Translations under genes and position numbers: made by a program
The notes under the pieces: model-generated
What the model was told of the DNA's origin: nothing
What the model saw: only the letters and a program-made list of their open reading frames with translations
Databases searched by the model: none
Shown: positions 39,866 through 49,428 of the stretch, one piece after another
Layout of the letters: every line of letters starts with the position of its first letter
How positions within the stretch are numbered: position 1 is the stretch's first letter
Virus record (IMG/VR): IMGVR_UViG_3300027734_000048
Location: 32,001-96,000 of that record
Length of the DNA: 64,000 nucleotides
DNA from: a virus
Direction: 5' to 3' (one strand)

Positions 39866-40596
39866 TTGTATACCTTTTTCTTCCAAAAGTGTTTCTTATA
39901 ACCAGAATTAAATACACTTCGAATTATATTCCTTTGCTTATTTATTTTTTTAACTTCATCTATACTTCTTACTATTTTTGAAACAAAGGTTGTTCTTTTA
40001 AATGGAATTACCTGAACCAGTGGAGTTCCTTGTTTAATAAAACCTTTAAAGTTGTCTTTTACCAAAAATGAAAAAAGTCCGTCTGAGGCAAAACTATCCG
40101 TATCTATTATTGCAGAAATAGCAAATAGGGGTGAATCCTCACGATGTTGTGGGTTAATGAATATACTACTATATCCTGGAGTTGTTTTTACTAGCCAAAC
40201 TAGATTAACTCTAAATATATGATCAATGTATTCATCTTTATTTATTGGGTATCCAGAAATCTGTCTCATATCATGCATACCAGTCATTGGTGTAGAAACA
40301 AATTGCTTCATAGATTGTGGAACATCAAAGATTTGTTTTCCTTCTGTTGTATCTATATATATATCAAATGGTGCTTTTAATATATACCCGCTTGTTAAAA
40401 TATCTAAAAATGCCATACATTTTTTAACAGTTAATTTTTGTACACCATTTGAAGGTGATTGATCATTATCATAAAATCCTGGAATTTTTCTAAACCATTC
40501 TGGCATATTTTTTGAAGATGGTTCTGGCTCTGGAAAAGCATCCACCATTTGTGGAAATAAAGTAATAAAACTTATTTCTTGATTTTCAGACTTCAT
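39862..40596 (-). CDS. DUF6065-like protein
   Basis: PEWF, TVKKCMAF.D....GY..AP.D and IKQGTPLVQVIPFKR pattern, commonly seen next to phage oxygenases; family name is by recall. Confidence 0.5.
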   Translation of the reverse strand: MKSENQEISFITLFPQMVDAFPEPEPSSKNMPEWFRKIPGFYDNDQSPSNGVQKLTVKKCMAFLDILTSGYILKAPFDIYIDTTEGKQIFDVPQSMKQFVSTPMTGMHDMRQISGYPINKDEYIDHIFRVNLVWLVKTTPGYSSIFINPQHREDSPLFAISAIIDTDSFASDGLFSFLVKDNFKGFIKQGTPLVQVIPFKRTTFVSKIVRSIDEVKKINKQRNIIRSVFNSGYKKHFWKKKVYK

Positions 40597-40608
40597 CTAA
40601 CAATTATA

Positions 40609-41829
40609 TCAGACTGTATCTGGTCTGTCAAATGCTAGTGATTTTTCTGTAAAGAAGTTGTCATAAGGTTCACAGTTAATAGAAAGTTTTTCCATTTCCA
40701 TGTCAATTGCTTCAACTACTAAAATATCAACAAATCCACTATGTTCGTGTGAATATCTCTGATATGTTGTATCTACTTGTGCAACATTAAGGTACTTGAT
40801 AACTCCATCTTTTTTAACCAAAATATTGTGTGTATTAACAAACATATCTCCATCAATAAATACAAAGTTTTGTGCTACACCTGGGGTCAAAGAAACAATT
40901 GTTGTTTCAACTACTGGTAGATTTGACAAATCTTCTGTTGTTGACCAAGAAAGCCAATCATTATTTTCTCCAAGATCTACAGCAAGAACTTTGTCTCCTA
41001 CATTAAGGTTTTTTGCCTCAACATAGCCATTAGTTGTAAGAACTTTTGTTTCAATTGATATTGAGTCACGCCATCCTGGTGAGAATCCAAACACACCGAA
41101 TGGTGAGAATCCAAACACACCGAATGGTGAGAATCCAAACACACCGAATGGTGAGAATCCAAACACACCGAATGGTGAGAATCCAAACACACCGAATGGT
41201 GAGAATCCGAATACTGAGAATGGTGTAAATGAGAATGTTGTAACATTTGAAGAGTATCCAGAATAGTCAGAATTACCATTTGCATTTGTTGCATAGACTC
41301 TGTAAGCCTGTGTTTGTCCACCACCCTGTGAAATATTAATAGATGTTCCAGAAGTGTCTCCCGCTGTTCCATCATTTCCTTCGACATGGTAGTTTGAAAT
41401 TGCTTTTCCACCGTTTGCTGGAGCAGACCATGTTACTGTATCATAAGATGCTCCAGAGGGAGATGATCCGCTTGGAGCAGATGGTGCACCTGGAACTGTT
41501 GTTGCAGTTACTGGAGATGTTGCTGAAGATTCTCCACTAGTTCCATAAGAGTTTGTAGCAGTTACCTTAAATGTATAAGATGTGCCTGATGCTAAATTTT
41601 GTACTACGATAGGAGAAGAAGCCCCAGATGCAGTTTTTGATGCATCCTCAACAGCCGTAACTGTATAGGATGTTGCTGCATATGGGCCTGCTGCTGTGAA
41701 TGTTACAGAGATTGCGCCATTGTTATATGCACGACCAGTTCCAACATCTGTCCCCGTTCCGATTGTTGGTGTATATGGTGCCAAGAAGTCATTTGCTCCC
41801 TGGCTCATTCTGCCTGCTTGTTTTGACAT
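40609..41829 (-). CDS. FN3-domain protein with FGVFGFSP repeats and C-terminal Hint domain
   Basis: Two FN3 repeats (YTFKVTATNSYG, YRVYATNANG), an octapeptide array, then SISIETKVLT..G......L.VGD.V ... H ... DNFF Hint-like module. Confidence 0.75.
   Translation of the reverse strand: MSKQAGRMSQGANDFLAPYTPTIGTGTDVGTGRAYNNGAISVTFTAAGPYAATSYTVTAVEDASKTASGASSPIVVQNLASGTSYTFKVTATNSYGTSGESSATSPVTATTVPGAPSAPSGSSPSGASYDTVTWSAPANGGKAISNYHVEGNDGTAGDTSGTSINISQGGGQTQAYRVYATNANGNSDYSGYSSNVTTFSFTPFSVFGFSPFGVFGFSPFGVFGFSPFGVFGFSPFGVFGFSPFGVFGFSPGWRDSISIETKVLTTNGYVEAKNLNVGDKVLAVDLGENNDWLSWSTTEDLSNLPVVETTIVSLTPGVAQNFVFIDGDMFVNTHNILVKKDGVIKYLNVAQVDTTYQRYSHEHSGFVDILVVEAIDMEMEKLSINCEPYDNFFTEKSLAFDRPDTV
41077..41220. 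repeat. 24-bp tandem repeat (5 identical units + 1 variant)
   Basis: TGGTGAGAATCCAAACACACCGAA x5 at 41077-41196 plus a variant at 41197-41220; in frame, encoding FGVFGFSP. Confidence 0.97.
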
Positions 41830-41851
41830 AGTTAATCTCCTTTAATTCGTA

Positions 41852-43900
41852 TTATGCTGATAGGTCTCCGAAGACCAACCATCCGCCTGAAATCTTCATT
41901 GCTGTTACAACTGAGTATGTTGTTCTGAACTTGAGTCCAGGTGTACCAACTACACCGTTTGTTGAAGCAAATGATGCACCTGTACCTGATGCCTGGTAGA
42001 AGTCAATTGACTGTCCAGTTGAGTACCCTGTTGCAGGAAGTGTGATTTGTACTGCTCCAGTTAGTGGAACAAACTTATCTGCTTCTCCAGCAGCAAGTGT
42101 TGCTGATGATGAAATTGCTGTTGCAATTGTTGTAATAGATGGTACGCCAACCTTTGTTTGTGTACCGTCTGAGAATGTAACACCAGATGATGCTGTAACA
42201 GCACCAGAGAATGTTGGAGCATCTGCGACTGCAATTGTTGAACCAGTCTTTGTGATATTTGTACCAGCAGTTACTGCTTCAGAAGCATTAAACTGTGTGT
42301 AGTTAACATTTGTTGTTCCAATTGTAATTGTTCCTGTTGTGGTAAGAATAAATCCCTTAGAACCATTTGTTGTTCCAGAAGTTACAAAACAGAAATCTCC
42401 TGTTGCAAGTTCTCCTGATGGGTTGTTATCGGCATCGGCTGCACGAGTTAATACCCATGCTGCTGAACCTGATCCAACCGTAGTTAATGTATAAATACCA
42501 TTTTGTGTTGCAGTTGTTTGATCTTTAACAAGAACTCTATCTCCAACAGACCATGATGAAACTCCATCTAACGTAGTAAATGAACGGTTGGTATCAGCAG
42601 TAAGTGTTGCACCAAGACCATTTGTACCATTGCTATAGTTAGCAGATAAATTTGTTGTAGTTGTTGCTTTTACTGCTTGGTGAAAGTTAATTCCAGCAGC
42701 AATACCATCAACATATAACTTAGTTGCTGCATGAAGGTCTGATGTAGGTGCACCTGAAAGTGTAAGTGCTCCTGTCATTGTTCCTCCAGCAAGTGCCAAC
42801 TTAGCATTAAGTGCTGTCTGTGTAGCAGTTGAAACAGGCTTATTGGCATCTGAAGTATTATCAACATTTGCAAGGCCTACTGAAGACTTTGTAAGTGCTG
42901 CTACTGCAGTTGAAACCTTTGTATCTGCTGCTGTTCCTGCTGCTGCAATAGCCTCAGACTTAGCGGTAGCAACTGTTGTTGCTGTTGCAAGAACTGAAGT
43001 ATCTGCAATTCCATGTACAGAAGTTGTTGCTGAATTATGTGTTGTTACCTGACCATCAGCATATGTTTTTGTTGCTAATAGTGTAGTATCTGCAATTCCA
43101 TGAACATCTGTTGTGTCTGCCCCATGAGTAGAAACTGCTGAATCTACGTATGACTTAAGAGCAAGATCTGCAGTATTTAAAATACCATGAACACTTGTTG
43201 TATCTTCAGTGTGTGTATTTATTAATGTATTTACTGAAGCAGTTGTTGCTAGTGCAGCAGTATTTGCAATTCCGTGAACATCAGTTGTTCTAGCATTGAA
43301 GTCAGTAATATAAGTTTCAATATCTGGCCACTTGGCAAGAACTGTTGTATCTGAAATTCCGTGAACATTTGTTGTATCAGCCTCGTGAGCAACCACAACA
43401 CCATTTACATAATCTTTGTTTGCTGCATCTTGTCCACCTGTTGGTGCTGGAAGATTTGTAATTTTATTATTATCCATATTTATGTTTCCAGTCATCTGTG
43501 TTCCTGACTTTGAAACTTTTGCATTAACTGCATTTAAAATTGTTGTTGCAAATGATCCATCATTATCAAGTGCTGCTGCAATTTCGCTAAGTGTATCTAA
43601 TGCTTCTGGTGCTCCAGCAATAAGATTTCCTAGTTGACCTAGTGGGATTTTTCCATTTGAATCAAGTGTTGCAACACCATTAGATGCTGCTTTTTGAGTT
43701 AAAAGAATATAATCATCTAGTGATCCACCAAGATCTTCTAGATTCTTAAAGTATGATAGGTCAGACCATTCAGTCGTACCATCACCTAGTTTAAATTGGT
43801 TTGTGTCTGTTTCTACACCAATTTCACCCGCAGCAAGTACTGGGTTTGCATTTGTCCATTGAGAGGCTGTTCCTCTTCTTTGTTGCATTCTTGTTGACAT
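41852..43900 (-). CDS. tail fibre protein (Mtd-N-like N-terminus)
   Basis: QRRGTASQW...NPVLAAGEIGVETDT..KLGDG head, APEALDTL fibre motif, VHGI repeats, RVLVKDQ...NGIY. Confidence 0.8.
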   Translation of the reverse strand: MSTRMQQRRGTASQWTNANPVLAAGEIGVETDTNQFKLGDGTTEWSDLSYFKNLEDLGGSLDDYILLTQKAASNGVATLDSNGKIPLGQLGNLIAGAPEALDTLSEIAAALDNDGSFATTILNAVNAKVSKSGTQMTGNINMDNNKITNLPAPTGGQDAANKDYVNGVVVAHEADTTNVHGISDTTVLAKWPDIETYITDFNARTTDVHGIANTAALATTASVNTLINTHTEDTTSVHGILNTADLALKSYVDSAVSTHGADTTDVHGIADTTLLATKTYADGQVTTHNSATTSVHGIADTSVLATATTVATAKSEAIAAAGTAADTKVSTAVAALTKSSVGLANVDNTSDANKPVSTATQTALNAKLALAGGTMTGALTLSGAPTSDLHAATKLYVDGIAAGINFHQAVKATTTTNLSANYSNGTNGLGATLTADTNRSFTTLDGVSSWSVGDRVLVKDQTTATQNGIYTLTTVGSGSAAWVLTRAADADNNPSGELATGDFCFVTSGTTNGSKGFILTTTGTITIGTTNVNYTQFNASEAVTAGTNITKTGSTIAVADAPTFSGAVTASSGVTFSDGTQTKVGVPSITTIATAISSSATLAAGEADKFVPLTGAVQITLPATGYSTGQSIDFYQASGTGASFASTNGVVGTPGLKFRTTYSVVTAMKISGGWLVFGDLSA

Positions 43901-43949
43901 TATTATCTCTCCTCTGTACGGGCTGCGTACTCTTTATTATTTAAATTTT

Positions 43950-45233
43950 TCATTGACTAACTCCCCCGCCATCAAGAACGAGATTGAGTGAACCAATATT
44001 GTTTAAAACAGATTTTACAAAAGCAGTTGTTGCTATTTGTGTGCTATCTGTTGAAAATGATGCTGTTGGTGCTGATGGTGTTCCAGTAAGTGCTGGTGAA
44101 GCCAAAGCAGCCTTAAGATCAAGTGCTGTTTGTGTTGCAGTTGATACTGGTTTTGCAGAGTCTGCTGTATTGTCTACTGAACCAAGTCCAACCATAGATT
44201 TTGTAATACCAGAAACTGTACCAGTAAAGGTTGGTGAAACAATTGGTGCGTATGTTGATGATGCAGTTGCAGAAGCAAGTTTAGCATCTAGTGCTGTTTG
44301 TGTTGCAGTTGATACTGGCTTATTTGCGTCTGAAGTATTATCAACATCTGAAAGTCCAACTGATGATTTTGTCAATCCAGAAACTGCAGTTGAAACTGCT
44401 GAGTCTGCATAAGTTTTTGTAGCAAGTTGTGCTGTGTTAGCAATGCCATGGATATTAGTTGTGTCTGCTTCATGTGAAGCAAGGTCAGCACTTGAAGCCT
44501 TTGTTCCAACAAGAGTAGCAAGTGTTGCTGCTGTTGATTCGTCTGCTGTTAGAGCATCTGCAAGTTCTTTTAGTGTATTTAGTGCTTCTGGTGCTGAGTT
44601 TACAACTGCTGCTACTGCAGTAGATGCTGCGTTATCAGCATATGTTTTTGTAGCAAGAGCAGATGTATCTGCAATACCGTGAATATTTGTTGTATCTGAT
44701 TCATGTGAAGCAAGAGCAGTTGCTGCTGTTGTTTCTGCACCTGACTTGGCATTATTAGCCTTAGTAGTTGCATCAGATGAAGCAGTTGAAATTGCTTCTG
44801 ATTTAGCAGTTGAAATTGCTGTAGCCTGTGCTGTAGAGACTGGCTTTGCTGAATCTGCTGTATTATCAACCGATCCAAGTCCTACCATAGACTTTGTTAC
44901 ACCAGATACAGTTCCTGTAAATGTTGGTGATGCTATTGGAGCCTTGGCTGCAAGATTTGTTGTCATTGTGCCAATAAAGTCTGGGTTATCTCCAATAGAT
45001 GCTGCTAATTCATTAAGTGTATCAAGTAGGTCTGGTGCTCCATCAATTAGGTCTTGGATGGCTGCTGCAGCGTCTGCAGTAAAGTAGACAAGGTCTTCCC
45101 AGCGATTAGTGCCGTCACCAATTTTAAATTTATTTGTGTCAACTTCAAATCCGATTTCGCCTGCTGCGAGAATTGGGTTTGCTGATACCCACTGAGAGGC
45201 TGTTCCTCTGCGTTGCTGTTGTCTAACTGCCAT
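43950..45233 (-). CDS. tail fibre protein (Mtd-N-like), paralogue of 41852..43900
   Basis: Same N-terminal motif; VGL..VDNT.D..KPVSTA repeats; PTA...QIATTAFV. Confidence 0.8.
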   Translation of the reverse strand: MAVRQQQRRGTASQWVSANPILAAGEIGFEVDTNKFKIGDGTNRWEDLVYFTADAAAAIQDLIDGAPDLLDTLNELAASIGDNPDFIGTMTTNLAAKAPIASPTFTGTVSGVTKSMVGLGSVDNTADSAKPVSTAQATAISTAKSEAISTASSDATTKANNAKSGAETTAATALASHESDTTNIHGIADTSALATKTYADNAASTAVAAVVNSAPEALNTLKELADALTADESTAATLATLVGTKASSADLASHEADTTNIHGIANTAQLATKTYADSAVSTAVSGLTKSSVGLSDVDNTSDANKPVSTATQTALDAKLASATASSTYAPIVSPTFTGTVSGITKSMVGLGSVDNTADSAKPVSTATQTALDLKAALASPALTGTPSAPTASFSTDSTQIATTAFVKSVLNNIGSLNLVLDGGGVSQ

Positions 45234-45287
45234 TTATTTCCTCCTTATGGGTGCTGCCCATATGTATCTTATTATAACATCAATTTA

Positions 45288-45737
45288 TTAATTGAAATTA
45301 TCTATTGCAATTCCGCCATCATGTGTTGATGAGAATACTGTATCTAATGCACTGCCAGAGTCTGTGCTGGCAGTCATTGGACTGTTAAAAAATCCAGAAT
45401 CTACAAACATTGTAACAATAAGGCCATTGCCATCAATTGAAGTGTCATGAATGTGATCTGGAATATTGGTTGTGTCTTCAATAGTTGCTTGTGTATACCA
45501 AGAACCATTATAATAAAAATTAACTCTATTTGTCAGAGTGTCTAACCACTGTGTACCATTAGTTGGTGAAGAAGGAGCAGTATCGCCGACAGCCATTGAT
45601 TTTGAATCAACATACTCTTTAGTTGCTGCATGTGTATTAAGAGTTGGGACTCCTACTGTTACTGCATCTCCAAATGTACCGCCGTTTGCTACGACTAATC
45701 CATTTTTGACTTTGAAGTCTTTATCGACTGTTGCCAT
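45288..45737 (-). CDS. virion/fibre-associated protein
   Basis: MATVDKDFKVKNGL start shared with 45804..47675; AATKEYVD and APSSPTNG.QW motifs. Confidence 0.6.
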   Translation of the reverse strand: MATVDKDFKVKNGLVVANGGTFGDAVTVGVPTLNTHAATKEYVDSKSMAVGDTAPSSPTNGTQWLDTLTNRVNFYYNGSWYTQATIEDTTNIPDHIHDTSIDGNGLIVTMFVDSGFFNSPMTASTDSGSALDTVFSSTHDGGIAIDNFN

Positions 45738-45803
45738 TTATTTCTCCCCTGTACCACATTTTTTGTGGGGGATTTTGAAAGGATCCCCCTAACCTTTAAT
45801 TAA

Positions 45804-47675
45804 TTACTTAAGTAGTGTTCCCATAACAGTAACTGTTGAGTTATTGTTAGCAGTTGTTACTAGAAGTTGTACGTTTGATCCTGAAATACCTGCTGAAATT
45901 GATGATGCTGAACCATTAGTTCCAACAATTCCGTATTCAGTGATTGCAATATTGTCTGAAGTATCAAGTGTCAAAAGAACCTTTGAAATTTCAGTGTGTG
46001 TTCCATAGGCAACCTTTACAAGGTATTCTGCTGAACGGTAGTCAGCCTTTGCAAAAGCATGTGCTGTCTGAACTCCAGCAGTTGGTGCTGAAAGAGTTGC
46101 AGCAACTTGCTTGGCAACTGAATTCAAATCAACTGATGTGAAGTTTGGAACAACTGCTTGTACAGCAGATACTGCACGAGCATTTGTAAAGTAAAGGTTT
46201 GTGCCTTCTGCAAGATCAGATGTTGTAGAATCTGCTACACCGTTTTCTGCGGTAATAGTAAGTCCTGCACCTGTTCCTGTGATTGTGATATTTGTAAGTG
46301 ATGCACCAGTCAAAAGATCTGCTGCTGAAGACTTAGCACGAGAATCTGTAAAGTATTCATTTGTACCCTCTTCAATATCAGATGTTGTAAGTGCGTTTAC
46401 TGCTGATGTAATTGCAGAGTTACGATCTGAAACTTCTGTAGAAATTGCTGAATTTGTGTAATCATTAGCATCAGTAATTGCTTCGCCCTTAGCGTTTGAA
46501 ATTGCTGAATTACGGTTTGAAACTTCAAGTGAGATTGCAGAATCTGTGTACCCATTTGAAGATGAGATTGCTTCGCCCTTAGCAGTTGAAATTGCAGAGT
46601 TGCGGTTTGTAACTTCGGTTGAGATTGCAGAATCTGTGTACCCATTTGCAGCAATCTCTGCAGCATCTGCATATCCTTGTGCTGCTGTATCAAGGCCAGA
46701 AATTTCTGAATCTACATATGTTGTGTCAGCCTTTGTTGCAACCAAGTTAGCAACATCTGTTGCATAATTTGGATTATCAGCAATTGCAGCAGCCAATTCA
46801 TTAAGTGTATCAAGAAGTGCTGGTGCTGAATCTACAAGAGCAGCGATCTCTCCATCTGTGTATGAATTAGCAGAAGAAATTGCCTCTGATTTAGCAGTTG
46901 AGATAGCACTATTTCTATTTGTAACTTCTGTTGAAATTGCAGAAGAAATTGCTGAGTTGCGGTTTGTAACTTCAGAAGAAATTGCAGAATCTGTATATCC
47001 CTCAGATGTTGAAATTGCTTCACTCTTAGCAGTTGAAATTGCTGAGTTGCGATTTGTAACTTCAGTTGAGATTGCTGAATCTGTATATCCATTTGAAGAT
47101 GATATTGCCTCACCCTTAGCGGTTGAAATTGCAGAGTTACGATTAGTAACTTCGGTTGAGATTTCAGAATCTGTATAGCCATTTGCAGCAATTTCTGCAG
47201 CATCTGCATATCCTTGTGCTGCTGTATCTAGAGTAGAAATTTCTCCATTTACATATCCACGAGTTGCAATTTCATTATTTGATGATTTTCCGCCATAGTA
47301 GGCTGATCCATCTGGATTAAGAACAATGTCTCCATTGCCTGAATTAAGTGCAATGTCATCTGATGCAGAAAGAAGGATTCCATTATTAGAACCAATTTCT
47401 GTATCTCCATTAACAACATCAATACCGTTGTTTGTTGAACCACCAACATAGAGCGTATTTACTGTTACATTTTCAGCAGCAAAGTCTCCGTTAGCGTCAC
47501 GCTTTACAACCTTGTTTGCTTCGTTAGCAGATGTGGCTGTTCCACCAATAAGACTAACTATGTAGTCTTGATCATCTTGTTTCTTTGTAAGAATGTCAAA
47601 TCCATTAACTGTCGCTGTTGTACCTTCAACGATAAGTCCACTCTTAATTTTAAAATCTTTATTTACTGTTGCCAT
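45804..47675 (-). CDS. coiled-coil tail fibre protein
   Basis: Repeated SAISTEVTNRN/GYTDS units, APALLDTLNELA motif, EGTNLYFT repeats. Confidence 0.75.
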   Translation of the reverse strand: MATVNKDFKIKSGLIVEGTTATVNGFDILTKKQDDQDYIVSLIGGTATSANEANKVVKRDANGDFAAENVTVNTLYVGGSTNNGIDVVNGDTEIGSNNGILLSASDDIALNSGNGDIVLNPDGSAYYGGKSSNNEIATRGYVNGEISTLDTAAQGYADAAEIAANGYTDSEISTEVTNRNSAISTAKGEAISSSNGYTDSAISTEVTNRNSAISTAKSEAISTSEGYTDSAISSEVTNRNSAISSAISTEVTNRNSAISTAKSEAISSANSYTDGEIAALVDSAPALLDTLNELAAAIADNPNYATDVANLVATKADTTYVDSEISGLDTAAQGYADAAEIAANGYTDSAISTEVTNRNSAISTAKGEAISSSNGYTDSAISLEVSNRNSAISNAKGEAITDANDYTNSAISTEVSDRNSAITSAVNALTTSDIEEGTNEYFTDSRAKSSAADLLTGASLTNITITGTGAGLTITAENGVADSTTSDLAEGTNLYFTNARAVSAVQAVVPNFTSVDLNSVAKQVAATLSAPTAGVQTAHAFAKADYRSAEYLVKVAYGTHTEISKVLLTLDTSDNIAITEYGIVGTNGSASSISAGISGSNVQLLVTTANNNSTVTVMGTLLK

Positions 47676-47694
47676 TTTTTATATCTCCTTTTAT

Positions 47695-48141
47695 TTATGC
47701 CTTAAGTCCCATACGTGCAAAACGTACAGTGACTGGCTTGATCGCAGGATCTGGAGTGACTGTTAAAGCCACGGTATTTCCAGTGCGAGAGACATCAATG
47801 GTGCCAATATTCCCATCATTGTCGATAGTGCCATATTCGCTGACAGACACATTTTGTCCATCAACTAAAATTGTTAATTCGGTTGCATAGAACTTATTGT
47901 CCCCTGCAGAGGTTTTTGATATTGAAACAATATACTTGACCATTCGCCAAACTGTGGCATCAAAATTATCAACTACAGTTACATTCTCAATACCATTGAT
48001 TGTATTTTCATTATTACCCGCTGATCCCAAATCTGTTGATTGAGCAACAAGGGTATCAATTAAATCTACATAATTTTCTTGAGTTGGTCTATCACCTGTT
48101 TGAAATAGACTCTTTACTCCTGGAACTGATATTTTAGCCAT
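47695..48141 (-). CDS. virion protein
   Basis: FQTGDRPTQENYVDLID N-terminus; C-terminal domain resembles that of 45804..47675 (KY.V....TE......EYG). Confidence 0.55.
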   Translation of the reverse strand: MAKISVPGVKSLFQTGDRPTQENYVDLIDTLVAQSTDLGSAGNNENTINGIENVTVVDNFDATVWRMVKYIVSISKTSAGDNKFYATELTILVDGQNVSVSEYGTIDNDGNIGTIDVSRTGNTVALTVTPDPAIKPVTVRFARMGLKA

Positions 48142-48175
48142 GTGGTAATTATAACACCCCTTTTTATTTATTTAA

Positions 48176-48397
48176 TTAGAGGATATAGTTGCTATATCCA
48201 ATAACTTGCAATGGGATTGCTGGAATCATCCCACGAACATCTTGAATTTGAACTGATGAGAATTTAACACGGAATGGAAGAATTTCTTTTATTTCAACAA
48301 ATCTTTGAAGATCTTTGATTGTTGTTATTGAATAGTCAAATGATTTTATTAACTTAGTTTTATGATTTAGTTCATCTATTATTATTGCTGTTGCCAT
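48176..48397 (-). CDS. hypothetical protein
   Basis: 73-aa ORF, TAATG-coupled. Confidence 0.55.
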   Translation of the reverse strand: MATAIIIDELNHKTKLIKSFDYSITTIKDLQRFVEIKEILPFRVKFSSVQIQDVRGMIPAIPLQVIGYSNYIL

Positions 48398-48795
48398 TAA
48401 TCTGTTACATCTTCAAGGATCTTCATGCTACCCTGGCAAACAGTCCAAACTCTTGTTGAGTCAGATAACTGGATGTCAAAAATGTCTCCTGTTTGAAGTT
48501 GTACAGATTCTGCTGCTGTTAGCCAAACTGTGAATTCTCCTATTAGATCATCATCATCTTTTCTTGGGTGCAAATGCATTACAACTGTAGCATCATCTGT
48601 AATAATTCCAGGGGTTGAGTTTGGTCTTTTAATTTTCATAGCAATTTCCCAATCAGGGATATTTAATGGTTGTTTTGCATCATCTGTTGCGTATACTTTA
48701 AAACCAGACGTATCTCCACGAACTACAGTCCAAATAACAGTAGGTGGTTTATTTCCTATATCGTATGATGATTGAGATCCCCTTGTAGTTGCCAT
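48397..48795 (-). CDS. BppU/LtfC-like beta-sandwich virion protein
   Basis: RGDT...D...PLNI...YDIQ-type pattern; paralogous to 54755 and 58411. Confidence 0.5.
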   Translation of the reverse strand: MATTRGSQSSYDIGNKPPTVIWTVVRGDTSGFKVYATDDAKQPLNIPDWEIAMKIKRPNSTPGIITDDATVVMHLHPRKDDDDLIGEFTVWLTAAESVQLQTGDIFDIQLSDSTRVWTVCQGSMKILEDVTD

Positions 48796-48813
48796 TATTT
48801 TATTATATCACTA

Positions 48814-49317
48814 TTAGGCTAATCCAGCCTTTAGTGCCCCCCATGTACCGTTGCCTTTTGCCTCAACAATAATAATTCCACTTACATCTTTTTTTGCAAC
48901 TATGCCTACTGCTCCGCCTGATTGTGTTTTAGTCAACCAGCCATCGGTGCCAACATATAAAACATCTCCATTTTCAAAATTACGAGTATCAATATTTTTT
49001 AATACACCTGCAACTACACAAACTCCTTGAGAATTACTTGTTAGGTCCTGTTTTAATAATCCTAGGATTGGATTGGTGGTTGAAGGAACTGCTTTATTTA
49101 CCTTGGTTGCTGTTGAATAATCAGTTACATAAACTGGAGTACCAGCGGGAAGAGTTTGACCAGAAGCATTTATTACACTAACCTGAATTACAGATAAGTC
49201 TAATCCAGATAGAGCATCTTGAACATCTTCAGCAAGATTGGCAATATCTCCATGCACATTTACTGCATCTGATGCCTGTGGATAACGTAATGAAAAATCT
49301 CCAGATGTTTGTGCCAT
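48814..49317 (-). CDS. minor tail / decoration protein
   Basis: LRYP..SD.VNV..DI..LA N-terminus; N.SG.T...GTPVY and GDVLYV decoration-like domain. Confidence 0.55.
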   Translation of the reverse strand: MAQTSGDFSLRYPQASDAVNVHGDIANLAEDVQDALSGLDLSVIQVSVINASGQTLPAGTPVYVTDYSTATKVNKAVPSTTNPILGLLKQDLTSNSQGVCVVAGVLKNIDTRNFENGDVLYVGTDGWLTKTQSGGAVGIVAKKDVSGIIIVEAKGNGTWGALKAGLA

Positions 49318-49350
49318 AATATTTCATTATACCATATTTGATTTAACAAC

Positions 49351-49380
49351 TTGACAACATTAAGTAAAAACTGTTATAAT
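49351..49380 (+). promoter_or_regulatory. consensus sigma-70/SigA promoter
   Basis: TTGACA (49351-56), 18-nt spacer, TG-n-TATAAT (49375-80). Confidence 0.85.
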
Positions 49381-49428
49381 TATACATAGACACCTACCAG
49401 GGTGTTATTGTTTTCTAAGGAGGAAACT

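Noticed and set aside
41077-41220. 24-bp repeats as a CRISPR array
   Set aside because: Units are head-to-tail with no spacers, are in frame within a CDS, and no cas genes are present
41852-45233. Diversity-generating retroelement suggested by Mtd-N-like fibre heads
   Set aside because: No reverse transcriptase, and no TR/VR pair differing at adenines, was seen in the window
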